Positions 24,458 through 37,494 of a DNA stretch of 64,000 nucleotides are shown here, one piece after another. Source of the stretch: Eledone cirrhosa (Eukaryota); the NCBI GenBank assembly GCA_964016885.1, contig OZ024740.1, forward strand, positions 210,428,001-210,492,000. Direction: 5' to 3'. A model generated the notes under the pieces. That model was given only the letters and a program-made list of their open reading frames with translations, made no database searches and was not told where the DNA came from. Made by a program: the position numbers and the translations under genes. Position 1 is the stretch's first letter. Each line of letters begins with the position of its first letter.

Positions 24458-24660
24458 AGTTTTAATATAGATGAGATTCTACAGGACTAGAACTGTTTCA
24501 TTCATTAGAAATCATCAGGAATTGAGATTCCTGATGATTTCTAATGAATGAAACAGTTCTAGTCCTGTAGAATCTCATCTATATTAAAACTGTTATACTC
24601 TGCTATGTATTGAGTACCTTACTTACTGTGGTTACCTCCGATTCAACCCGGAATAACGTA
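24458..24660. mobile_element. Palindromic hammerhead mini-element: perfect 65-bp inverted repeat, 4-nt loop, ~65-nt tail, inserted in (TA)n
   Basis: Arms 24458-24522 and 24527-24591. Plus-strand HHR reads gagattc CTGATGA t ttc-taat-gaa t GAAA cag..ctg TA^ gaatctc. Relatives at ~25545-25660 and ~30311-30497 share the GTATTGAGTACC(TTACTTACTGTGGTTACC) tail. Confidence 0.8.
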
Positions 24661-24683
24661 TATATATATATATATATATATAT

Positions 24684-24908
24684 CAGTATAGAGAGAAATA
24701 CATGTGTTTACAGGGGATATAAAACCACAAGTGTGACGAACATATTAACTAGGGAAGGAATGGTGAATACAAATTAATTAAAATAATAAACCAAAGTGTA
24801 CAAACTACCCATTATAACATCCAGACATGTTCAAAGTAGATCATATTTGTCACACTGGTGGTTTTATGTCCCCCTATGATTATACACGTGTATTTCTCTC
24901 TAAACTGA
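24684..24908. repeat. Foldback element with imperfect ~60-bp inverted arms
   Basis: CAGTATAGAGAGAAATACA..GGGGATATAAAACCACAAGTGTGAC pairs with GTCACACTGGTGGTTTTATGTCCCC..TGTATTTCTCTCTAAACTG. Confidence 0.65.
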
Positions 24909-25122
24909 TTTATAAAAGAGATAGGAATCCGTTCCTTGAGTTTATTAACTTGACTTTTTAATTTGATATATATATATACATACACACAAGAATATGTACA
25001 CTTATGTATGTGTGTGTATATATATTATATATAAATACACATACACAAGTATATTATGTGTATATATATATATTTATATATTAATAAATACACACATACA
25101 CAAGTATATTACACATGCATGC

Positions 25123-25178
<56 letters not shown>

Positions 25179-26014
25179 GGATATGCATATATTGTGTTAT
25201 GTGAACAAGTATTAACAGAACAATTAGAAATTGTGAATGATCTATAATTATATTATAGTTATTATTATTAATGTTCAGACACTTAGTGCCATTTAAAATA
25301 CAATTCAATAATCAGTTTATTTTTATCAGAGTCCCAAGTTGTTGAAACAATATTGTATTAACATTGCTTTTCATCATTTGGCTATTGTTAACCAGTAATA
25401 TGTAAGGGTAGGTGAAATAAACTTTACCTTCTTCCTCACCAATGACTCTTCTTTTGTATTCAGACAAAATAAATTACCACTTGTATTGGTTTCCTTTAAC
25501 AAGGCACTATATACATACATACATACATATATATATACACACACAGGTACTCAATGTGTTGGTAGAGTACAGGCATCTTGATGTCTACAGGACTAGAACT
25601 GTTTCGTTCCTGATTATATATGAATGAAACAGTTCTAGTCATGTAAAAGTCGTTTCTATATATATATATACATACAGATGCACACATCAGTTTCAATGAA
25701 TGGGAGAAAAAGTAGTTAATACTGTAATAATGTGAAGTTTATTCAGAGTGAACCTGAGGCCTGTTATTTAGAACTTTACTCTAATAAACTCTAAGACAAG
25801 AATAGACAGACTAATCTTTGGGAAGTAACATGCTATGGGAACTCTAGAGTAACGGACACTAGATGTTTGTCAATAAAGTGTGTGTATATGTGCGTGTGTA
25901 TAAATATATACCCACATCTCTACTAAAGGAAGAACTGAAACAAGTTTCTAGATGTAGTAAGTATATGTGAAGCCTTTTAGATATAGGTATAATGATGTGT
26001 AGCATTGTAGATGT

Positions 26015-26089
<75 letters not shown>

Positions 26090-26766
26090 CATACATGTGT
26101 GTATCTGCCTGTGAACAGATTAACTGATGAGTATTTATGTTTTAGAAGTAACTGAGACAAAATTGTGCAGTGTTGAAGACTCAAAAGAATTTCAAAGACA
26201 TGAGCAGGGAGTAGGTAGCACACTAATATGTTAGTACTCCTATCTTTGGACTTAAACAATTGCTGTTGTCATGGTTACTGCTGGGATTGGATATGTTGCT
26301 GAAATATTCACCTTATCCTCTGATAACATCATCATATCTGTTTATATATGTTGCTGATGGGTTGGACGGGTGTGTAATGTTATAATATTTATGGTCAATA
26401 TAGGTGTAGGCATGGCTGTGGGGGAATAGACCCACTGCATTGTCCCTTGGGCAAATAACATTTACTACAGCTTTGGGCTGATTAATGCTTTTTGAGAGAA
26501 ATTTGGTAGATGGAAACAGTACAGAAGTCCATCACACACACACATATATATGTGTGTGTCTTGTAAAATAGCAGTTCAAAAAAGTACTGGGGTCAATATA
26601 ATTGACTAAAACACTTCAAGGCATGGTCCCAGTCCAAGGATTAAACCAGTAAAAGAATAATACTAAAAATGTATCAATCTGTCCAGAGTTTATAAACTAT
26701 AAGTGTCAACCAACTAATCAGTAAAGTAGGTGCCACCATGAGGTAATAATTGTGAACTAATATTAA

Positions 26767-26938
26767 CCCTTTACCATTTACATTGCTCTACATTTACTAT
26801 TGTATTTTCACAGTAAACATTTTATTTCACATAATTATCCCACATAATATCGAATTTACGAGATTTTGATATTATTTATTTTGAGAATACCTTGACATAA
26901 GTATGGAGTCAATTCTGGCTGGTTTAGATGCTAAAGGG
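26767..26938. mobile_element. piggyBac-like MITE (TTAA TSD, CCCTTTA...TAAAGGG TIRs), 172 bp
   Basis: TTAA|CCCTTTACCATTTA ... TAGATGCTAAAGGG|TTAA. Confidence 0.75.
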
Positions 26939-27379
26939 TTAAAATATATAGTGTAGTTGTGACAGCTATTTCATTTTATTAATGACACAAGAATGAATGG
27001 CAAAGTTGACCTCAGTGAGATTTGAACTCAGAACAAAGATCTCCAACAAATAGCTCATGGAATTTCGTTTGATGCTCTAATAACTCCACTAATTCTATAG
27101 ACCCTTTTCAGGTGATAGGTGACCATAAGTTTGTAGCTAGAAAGTTTCTCTCCAAGGTAGAAGTCGGGGTAAGATGTTTTTGTGGGAGATCAGCAGTTCT
27201 CCATGCATGCAAGTTTCCTCCTCTCTCCATGCCACCAATGTTGTCCAAAGGAAAGGCAATGACCCTTATAGCTTGGCACCAGTGATGCCATAGAACTCAA
27301 AACATAAAGAGCCAAAAGAGTTACCACAAGGCATCATGTCTGCTGCTTTAATAATTCCACCAATCCCATACCCTAAACT

Positions 27380-28025
27380 AATACTTTATCGACCCTGAAA
27401 GGATGAAAGGCAAAGTTGGCTGTGGTGGAATTTGAACTCAGTGTGTAAATACTGCAAAACATTTTCATTCGACACTCCAATGATAATAATTGTTTCTACT
27501 TTAGGCACAAGGCCAGCAATTACCCAGTGCATTACTGGTACTTTATTTTATCAACCCCGTAAGGATGAAAGGCAAAGTCAACCTCGGCGGGATTTGAACT
27601 CAGATCGTAAAGGGACGTAACTATGCTGGAAAGCATGGCGTCCGACCCTCTACCGATACTGCCAATCCACCGCCCTCTCCAATGATAATAATGGCTTCTA
27701 ATTTAGGCAATAGACCAGCAATTTGGGGGATGGAGGGGTTAGTTGACCTCAGTACTTCATAGGTACTTTATTTTATTGACCCTCAACGATAATCCTAATA
27801 GTAATAGTGGTTTCTGATTTAAGCACAAGGCCAGCAATTTGAAGGGGAGGGGAAAGTCAATTAAATTGACCCCAGTGTGTTACTGGTACTTTATTTTATT
27901 GACCCTAGAAGGATAAAAGGCAAAGTTAACCATGACGGAATTTGAACTAGGAACGTAAAGGGACATAATTCTATGCTGCAAAGCATGGTGTCCGATGCTC
28001 TACTGATCCTGCCAATTCATTGCCC
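27380..28025 (-). mobile_element. Cluster of nested/tandem tRNA SINE copies (young copy ~27491-27675 with TSD CTCCAATGATAATAAT)
   Basis: Several reverse-complement copies of the 19702 family; further copies at ~28468-28620, 30547-30662, 31520-31730, 50290-50477 and 56056-56240. Confidence 0.8.
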
Positions 28026-29777
28026 TTTGTAATAATACTTTCAAATAATTTTATTTTGTTCTGGAAACCATCAAAACAATATCATGGATAAATTGGAACT
28101 ATTAGCAAGTCTTGGTCACAAAGGTCAGAGAGATTTTGGAGGTCACAGTTGTGACAGACACTCTGGTGTCAGTATCAATAGTTATCTTTTGGAAGTTCGC
28201 TGTAAGATGGCCATATAACACTGGTTGGAAGTAACGACTGTAGGACCACTGTCTTAGGTCTTTTGTCACACATACATACATACTAGAGGTCTGTGTTACA
28301 AAAAACGAAAGAAGGAAAAAGAAAAAAAAATACATTAATAGCATCAAAAGAGGTGAGCAACTTAGAATAAAAATTCCAAAAACTAAGTTGGCCCTACATT
28401 ACTTTCACACTTCTATATCTTCACAACTCCACAAGAGTCTAAATAAGAATAAGACATAATGTATACAATGGTTTCTGATTTAGGCACAAGGCCAACAATT
28501 TTTGGGAGGCAGAAGAGGGATAAGTCAAATAAATTGACCCCAGTGCATTACTGGTGCTTTATTTTATCGACCCCACAAGGATAGAAGGCAAAGCTAACCT
28601 AGGTGGGATTTGAACTCATAAAATATAATATATATATATATATAATAGAACCATTTAATTTGGGCAGAATCCTGACAACTGTTCAAAATAGACACATGCT
28701 CTGTTGTATCTTCAGTTTTATTTCATTAATGATACGGTATATGATGAAGTATTAGTTTTTGTTATAAATCCATGACCTAGTCCAGTGGAACAGAAGTGAC
28801 CTGGTCAAATGGAATAGGGAACCAATGACTAGGTTTTAGGTGTTTGATCAGGTCACATAAAACAGAATACCTGTGGACAGGTAATAAATATGGTGACCTT
28901 GTCCTGTAGAATAGAGTACCCTTGACCAGGGCATGTCTCACTGATCATAGAAAATAGAGTACTGGCGAGCAGGTTTTAGATGTTTGGCCAATCCACATAA
29001 AATAGAGTACCAGTGTACAGGAAATACATATGGTGACCTTGTCCTGTAGAATAGAGTACCCTAGACCAAGTTGTAGATATACAACAAAAGATTCTAATAT
29101 TTACTAAAAGGAAGAGTAAGTTCCATGAGTTGCTGTAGGACTGCTGCAGGAGTAGGTGGAGGGCCAGGTGAATATAAGTGGAGGTGGGCAGATGAGGGTT
29201 CACTACATGTTCCCTTGTTAAGGCCTATGAGATCCTGGACATCACAGTGAGCAGGAGAAAAGTTGTCATGAACAATGACGAAGCAACAGAAATGGCATCA
29301 AGATAGCTGTGACCACCGTACGGTCATTAGAATGTCACTTAATATCAGTTGGGTCACTTGAATGAAGGTACATGTAAGACCCCAAAATACGCCAGTGTCT
29401 CCAGCATACAACACTGATAATGTGGCTAAGTATTTATACCAACAGATGTATGATGAACTGAACTACATATAAATATATATAAAATTAAAAAATAAACAAA
29501 ATGGATGTAATAGTGCATGTACATTTGAAATGTCTAACATGACTACCACAAAATGATGATTCAGTTTCAACAGACAGTCCCAGATGAAGTCATTTGCCAA
29601 ACAAATCAAACACTGAAATATATATATACATACATATATATATATATATCATCATCATCATCATCTTCGTTTAACATCCATTTTCCACGCTAGCATGGGT
29701 TAGACCCATGTATATATATATATTTTTATCTATCTTGCAAGATTCACTTATCCTGTTTATTGGTACATGTAACAGAG

Positions 29778-29839
<62 letters not shown>

Positions 29840-29937
29840 AAAAATTTGAGTATGTGTTGGTTGGTTACCGACACTTCAGTATGCAGGGTAGAACACTCAA
29901 CGAAGTGGGCAGGTGGGTCTGTTAACTCTGGAGTAAT

Positions 29938-30260
29938 TTAAAAACAAGAAGTGTAAGTCAACAGGTTAAAATTAACTTCGTTTATTCATATTCACTGTTA
30001 TATATATTTCGGAGATAACCATTATTCAACAGCTATGCCACCAGTTCTTTGAGAAAACACCATACTTCGGGACAGAGCATAACAAAGGACTGAAATAACG
30101 GAGGTAAACTTTGTTCCATCATTATGTTTTTTCTGTTCAAGTTGTAGTTGACTGATGAGGTCGTAGCTGTTGAATAATGGTTATCACCAATATATATATA
30201 ACAGCGAATATGAATAAATGAAGTTAATTTTCACCTGTTGACTTACACTTCTTGTTTTTT
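29938..30260. mobile_element. Foldback mini-element with ~100-bp inverted arms carrying decayed hammerheads related to the 12118 motif
   Basis: AAAACAAGAAGTGTAAGTCAACAGG... pairs with ...CCTGTTGACTTACACTTCTTGTTTT. The right arm keeps CTGATGAGGT..ACC; the left arm (reversed) keeps CCGAAATATATATA. Confidence 0.7.
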
Positions 30261-30513
30261 ATATATATATATTTATGAGTGTGTGTGTATGTGTATGTAT
30301 ATATATATATAACAAAATTTAATATAGATATGGCTTCTACAGGACTGGAACTGCTTCATTCGAAGGAACTCATCCTTAAAATGAAACAGTTCTAATCTTA
30401 TAGAAGCCATTTCTATATTAAATTTTGTTGTATACAGCCTACTAATGTATTGAGTACCTTACTTACTGTGGTTACCCTGAAATTAATCCGGGACTCTCAC
30501 ACACACACACATA

Positions 30514-30546
<33 letters not shown>

Positions 30547-30772
30547 ATTGTTTCTACTTTAGGCACAAGGCCAGCAATTACCCAGTGCATTACTGGTACT
30601 TTATTTTATCGACCCCGTAAGGATGAAAGGCAAAGTCAACCTCGGCGGGATTTGAACTCAGATATATATATAATAATAGTGAAAAATAAATAAAAACAAC
30701 AGTATGATATTGTGAATACAAAGAATACTTAAAGAAAGAAAACATGATTTCCTCCAACAGGTTCTGTTCTCT

Positions 30773-30941
30773 TGACAATTGTGGGGGTTAAGAGTTGAGT
30801 GACTTAACTAAGGGGTGACAATTGTGGGGTTAAGAGTTGAGCGACTTAACTAAGGGGTGACAATTGTGGGGTTAAGAGTTGAGCGACTTAACTAAGGGGT
30901 GACAATTGTGGGGGTTAAGAGTTGAGTGACTTAACTAAGGG
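30773..30941. repeat. ~42-bp tandem repeat, 4 copies
   Basis: TGACAATTGTGGGGTTAAGAGTTGAGCGACTTAACTAAGGGG repeated. Confidence 0.9.
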
Positions 30942-31746
30942 ATTATATGAAAATGGTAAGGGGTTTGGTAGACAGTCTAGTTCACATACAAAATAACCGG
31001 CTAGACCAGCATCTCACCAATGATAAGTCAAGAGTGGAGCAGCAGCCATCAGATACTAATCAAGTCCATTTTAACTGCCTCTCTGTTGTAGACAACACCA
31101 GAATCAATCTGAGAGAAGTGTGTGTGTGTGTGTGGGGGGGGGGGAGATGGAGAGAGAGAGCCACTACCATAATCTACACAGGAAGACAGCCTCTTAGTAT
31201 TTAACTGAAACTGGTTTTAATAGGCCCCGGGTGGGATGGGATGGGAACAAACACAGCAAGGTATTAGTCTAACAATCTCCTGTTTCATCCCTCTCCACAG
31301 CTGCAATTATAACATTATAACAATAATAGTTTCTAAGTTTGACACAAGGCCAACAGTATTTGGAGGGGAGGGAGGTAGATCAATAATATTAATTCTAGTG
31401 AATGGTACTATACTTTATTGACCTTGGTGGGATTTGAACTCAAAATATAGGGAGCCAGAAAAACAGTTATCTGACACGCTGCCAATCCACCAGCCTCTTA
31501 ATGAGCCAAATCATAATAATAATTTCTACTATAGGCACAAGGCCAACAATTTGAAGGGGAAGGGAAAGTCAATTAAATCAATCCCAGTGTATTACTGGTA
31601 CTTTATTTTATCGACCCCGTAAGGATAAAGGCAAAGTTAACCTCGGTGGGATTTGAACTCAGAACATAAAGGCCCGTAACTCTATGCCGCAAAGCATGGT
31701 GTCTGACGCTCTACCAATTACTGCTAATCCTTCTGGGAGGTCAATA

Positions 31747-31777
<31 letters not shown>

Positions 31778-31864
31778 GTAACTGAAAAAAAAACTCAGAC
31801 AAAAACAAGAAGAGAGTTATTTCACTCTAGTTTAACTCAACAAACAATTTGGTGAAATCACAAA

Positions 31865-31899
<35 letters not shown>

Positions 31900-32726
31900 A
31901 TATATATATATATGTGTGGGTAGTGGTGAGATAGGAGGAAGCAAGGGGAAAATCTAACGTGTGAGGGGGCACTGTCCCCTCTTTCATTGAAGATAGCCTC
32001 CTCGATAACATACACACCCGTTTCTCCTCCTGAAGGACACCACACACACACACACACAGATGTTAACATGGAGCACCACCAGGCCACTTCTTCAACTCTG
32101 TCATTAACCTTCATCTGAACATACCATTGACGGTGATAATGATAATGATAAAACAACAACAATGATGATGATGATACTGATGATTATCTGCTCTGTGGTT
32201 TTGGGCCCCTTACCACAACAAAAACGATAGTAAGAATAAAAAATAAATATATATATATATATATATATAAGGGCGGTGCCCCAGCATGGCCTCAGCCGGA
32301 TGGCTGGAACAGGTAAAAGAGTAAAATATACATATATATACACACACACACATATATATATATACACATACATACATATGTATGTATGTTTATATATAAC
32401 CCAATAGATGGAAAAATGAGGCAACTCTGTTGACACAGTTCACTGAATGGAGTACTCAATACTTGGTAGTTACTCTCGACCAACTACTTCCAACGATGCT
32501 TTAACACCCCCTCCCAATGAGGCTGGCTCCACCTCCAGTAGTTTCTCCTGACTCCACCCACCATGAGGGGCATGACCTCCTCCCTCACTCCTGTCAATAG
32601 TTTTGTTTTTGCTGCTGTTGATGTTATTTCTCTTGGCTCCACCCTCCTTGGGGGGGGGGTACTTCCCACCCTCCTTCTATCAAGTGTTTTTTTTTTCACT
32701 CCTTGCTGCTGCTGTTGTTATTATTA

Positions 32727-33631
32727 CTATTTCTCCTGGCTCCAGCGCATTGTCCTGTGTTGTTTTCTCACCTCCCGCACGTCCTCATACGTGTGTTGGC
32801 GCAGCACGCGCTCGCGAGCGTCTGCAGCAGCAGCTGTCGTTGTTGCCCCTCCTCTTGCCGTCGTCGTTGCACTGGCACAGCCAGATGATGACGGTGGCTG
32901 TGGTGGTGATGACGATGAAGGGCTAGAAGGTTTTGGCAGCTGTGCAGCTGCATCAACCTCCTCATAGAAGTGTCGTCGTCTCTGGGCCCTACCCTGGCCC
33001 TGGCAGCGGAGTGCAGCCGCCTTGCGCTGCGCGTCCTCCACCGTCTCGTAGTTAGGATCGTACTCGCTGTCGTTCTCACTCCCGGTGCCATCTCGCAGGC
33101 TCTGGTAATCCGGGTCGGTGCGTGGAGATATCGTTGACGAATTCCTCGCCGATGAATCAGGTGTGTCCCTCTTACTCGACGACATCGACGAGGGCAAGTC
33201 ACATGAGCCCGACGCGGCCTCTTGTGACTTCCCAGATCCTCCTGCTCCCACGCCCGATGATGATGATGGTAGTGTTGCAACTGACAACGATGCGATCGCA
33301 AAGCCACCCAGGGGACTTCTCGGTTTGTGTGTTCCGCCTCCAGGAGGCATCTGGTGGGTGTCTGTGGGGTTAGCGAGACCACCTTTCTGAGATGAGGATG
33401 ACACAGTTAGTGTGGATGGGGATGATGATGGAACGTCATAGTGTGCTTGTGAGAAGTCTATGGGAAACGTACGACGTTTGTTCACTACATCGTATTCATG
33501 TGGCAATTCAGCTGCTGCCTGTAGAAAGTCTCCGCCTGACCGGCGGAAATCGTTACCGTGGGGATTCTGTTTTGTTACAGTCCGTAAGGAATCAAGTGAT
33601 GGGGGTACAGGTGCAGATTCTGTATGTAAGC
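32727..33631 (-). CDS. Terminal coding exon of a tyrosine-motif-rich disordered adaptor-like protein
   Basis: Acceptor TTTTATTTTGTTGTTTCAG|GC (phase 1, matching the previous exon); open to TAG at 32727; motifs YDVV, YDVP, YQSL, YDPNYETV, YEEV and YEDV. Confidence 0.85.
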
Positions 33632-34084
33632 CTGAAACAACAAAATAAAATAAAATGAAAAGAAGGTGATTCCAGAGTTAACAATTTCAATAAAAGAAGT
33701 AGAGAATGTTTTAAAACATAGCAGATTATGTTAGAAAAATAGAAAATACATAAAATAAAAATAGTTTACAAGCCACTCACTGCTGCAAGTTCTGCCAGTT
33801 AAAAGCTCAACATACAGAACACAAGTATGCTTATGGGGAGAGAATGGACACCATTTCAGCCCCCTTCCCTTCTCAACAGTTTTATTGCACACAAGCTCCT
33901 TTCAGTGATATGATCCCTTATCTGCTAAATCAAATGGTTACTGGTCTTAACTTGTATTCTCTTTTGAGCCAAATCAAATGGTTTCCCTTTCCATCTCTGG
34001 TAGGGACATCCTTCATGATGGAATTTGGTTTACAATGAGTCAGGCTTAGCAGCAGCAATTTTTGGTTTCTGGTAAACACTTCCT

Positions 34085-36472
34085 CACATTTCAGACATAG
34101 TAAACACTGTCATATCAGACACAGTAAACACTGACATATCAGACACAGTAAACACTGACATATCAGACACAGTAAACACTGACATATCAGACACAGTAAA
34201 CACTGACATATCAGACACAGTAAACACCGACATATCAAATACAGTAAACACTGACATATCAGACACAGTAAACACTGATATATCAGACACAGTAAACACT
34301 GACATATCAGACACAGTAAACACTGACATATCAGACACAGTAAACACTGACATACCAGACATAGTAAACACTGACATATCAGACACAGTAATCACTGACA
34401 TATCAGACACAGTAAATACTGACATATCAGACACAGTAAACACCGACATATCAGACACAGTAAACACTGACATACCAGACACAGTAAACACTGATATATC
34501 AGACACAGTAAACACTGACATATCAGACACAGTAAACACTGACATACCAGACACAGTAAACACTGACATATCAGACACAGTAAACACTGACATATCAGAC
34601 ACAGTAAACACTGACATATCAGACACAGTAAACACTGACATATCAGACACAGTAAACACCGACATATCAGACACAGTAAACACTGACATATCAGACACAG
34701 TAAACACTGATATATCAGACACAGTAAACACTGACATATCAGACACAGTAAACAGTGATATATCAGACACAGTAAACACTGACATATCAGACACAGTAAA
34801 CACTGACATATCAGACATAGTAAACACTGACATACCAGACACAGTAAACACTGATATATCAGACACAGTAAACACTGACATATCAGATACAGTAAACACT
34901 GACATATCAGACACAGTAAACACTACATATCAGACACAGTAAACACTGACATACCAGACACAGTAAACACTGATATATCAGACACAGTAAACACTGACAT
35001 ATCAGACACAGTAAACACTGACATATCAGACACAGTAAACACTGACATATCAGACACAGTAAACACTGACATATCAGACACAGTAAACACTGACATACCA
35101 GACATAGTAAACACTGACATATCAGACACAGTAATCACTGACATATCAGACACAGTAAATACTGACATATCAGACACAGTAAACACCGACATATCAGACA
35201 CAGTAAACACTGACATACCAGACACAGTAAACACTGACATACCAGACACAGTAAACACTGACATATCAGACACAGTAAACACTGACATATCAGACACGGT
35301 AAACACTGACATATCAGACACAGTAAACTCTGATATATCAGACACAGTAAACACTGACATATCAGACACAGTAAACATTGACATATCAGACACAGTAAAC
35401 ACTGACATATCAGACACAGTAAACTCTGATATATCAGACACAGTAAACACTGACATATCAGACACAGTAAACATTGACATATCAGACACAGTAAACACTG
35501 ACATACCAGACACAGTAAACACTGATATATCAGACATAGTAAACACTGATATATCAGACACAGTAAACACTGACATATCAGACACAGTAAACACTGACAT
35601 ACCAGACACAGTAAACACTGACATATCAGACACAGTAAACACTGACATATCAGACACAGTAAACACTGACATACCAGACACAGTAAACACTGATATATCA
35701 GACATAGTAAACACTGATATATCAGACACAGTAAACACTGACATATCAGACACAGTAAATACTGACATACCAGACACAGTAAACACTGACATACCAGACA
35801 CAGTAAACACTGACACATCAGACATAGTAAACACTGACATACCAGACACAGGAAACACTGATATATCAGACATAGTAAACACTGATATATCAGACACAGT
35901 AAACACTGACATATCAGACATAGTAAACACTGTCATATCAGACACAGGAAACACTGATATATCAGACATAGTAAACACTGTCATATCAGACACAGTAAAC
36001 ACTGACATATCAGACATAGTAAACACTGACATACCAGACACAGTAATCACTGACATATCAGACACAGTAAACACTGACATATTAGACACAGTAAACACTG
36101 ACATATCAGACAGAGTAAACACTGACATATCAGACACAGTAAACACTGTCATATCAGACATAGTAAACACTGTCATATCAGACATAGTAATCACTGATAT
36201 ATCAGACATAGTAAACACTGATATATCAGACATAGTAAACACTGATATATCAGACACAGTAAACACTGACATATCAGACACAGTAAACACTGACATATCA
36301 GACACAGTAAACACTGACATATCAGACACAGTAAACACCGATATATCAGACACAGTAAACACTGACATATCAGACACAGTAAACACTGACATATCAGACA
36401 CAGTAAACACTGACATATCAGACATAGTAAACACTGATATATCAGACATAGTAAACACTGATATATCAGACA
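34085..36472. repeat. Intronic 24-bp minisatellite (GACACAGTAAACACTGACATATCA, ~100 copies)
   Basis: Direct tandem array; the SDMSVFTV ORFs are by-products of the repeat. Confidence 0.95.
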
Positions 36473-37494
36473 CTGGGTAATTGCTGGCCTTGTGCCAAAA
36501 GTAGAAACAATTATTTAAAAGTTGTTTGTAGGCTGATTCTAATTCACTTGGTTGTTAAGTTATCATGATTTTCAATAGGGTTCTTACCATTAAAAATTTA
36601 AATATTAAACTATCCCAAACTTAAAAATAAACTGTTGTGTGCAGTCATGAAAAGTAACATACTTTGGTATACTTAACCAAATCTAGTAACCCTGGCTGAT
36701 TCAATGAATAACAGCAGGAAGTTTGAAGGAACATGTCTAAGTGACACTAGACACAATGTTTGGAGTGAGATGTCAACCTATGATATACAATTTACAAGTC
36801 CTCTACAATATATATTCAACTATGTCAAGCCAGAACACAATAACTGCTGTACTACTCTTTATTTCATTATTTTTATATAACTACAACAACCTTTGTCTAT
36901 ATAAGGGCCACAACACATGTGTGACCCTGTATTTTAAGATCTATGTATAACTGTCCAGATTTTTACTTATATACATCTAGTCTATCGCACTGAAACATAT
37001 CCCTATACTAACCTCCCATGCCCTAACACTCACCCACCCACTTCTGTTCATACCACCCTTACATTGTAAAGTGGTCATGTAGGTGTCACAACAAAAGGCA
37101 CCCAGTCCACACTGTAAAGTGGTCGTGTAGGTGTCACGACAAAAATCACTCACCACACACTGTAAATGTGGTTGGCATTTGGAAGGGCATCCAGCCGTAG
37201 AAACCAACCCAGAAACAGTTCTGTGTGAGCAAGACACAGTCACCTGAACCAACATGCCTCAAACAGGACAAACCGTCTAACCCATGCTAATGTGGAAAAT
37301 GAACAATAAATGATGATGATGATATATTGCTGAGGTCTAGAACAAGTTTATATATGATCCATGTATTTTATTCAACATCATCCTCATTTAATGCCAGTTC
37401 TATGCTGGTATGTGTTGGATGGGTCATCATAGACCCATGTAAGTACTTAATCGGAGCTTCAGTTCCCCTAGATGGACTGGACAAAATGTGTTAC

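Noticed and set aside
32563-33658. Plus-strand ORFs overlapping the adaptor exons (also 48762-49521)
   Set aside because: Antisense shadows of GC-rich coding exons; only the minus frame has matching splice phases.
34084-36473. Long ORFs of SDMSVFTV / CQCLLCLI repeats
   Set aside because: By-products of a stop-free 24-bp tandem unit inside an intron; broken by a 1-bp indel near 34923, with no splice signals or unique domains.
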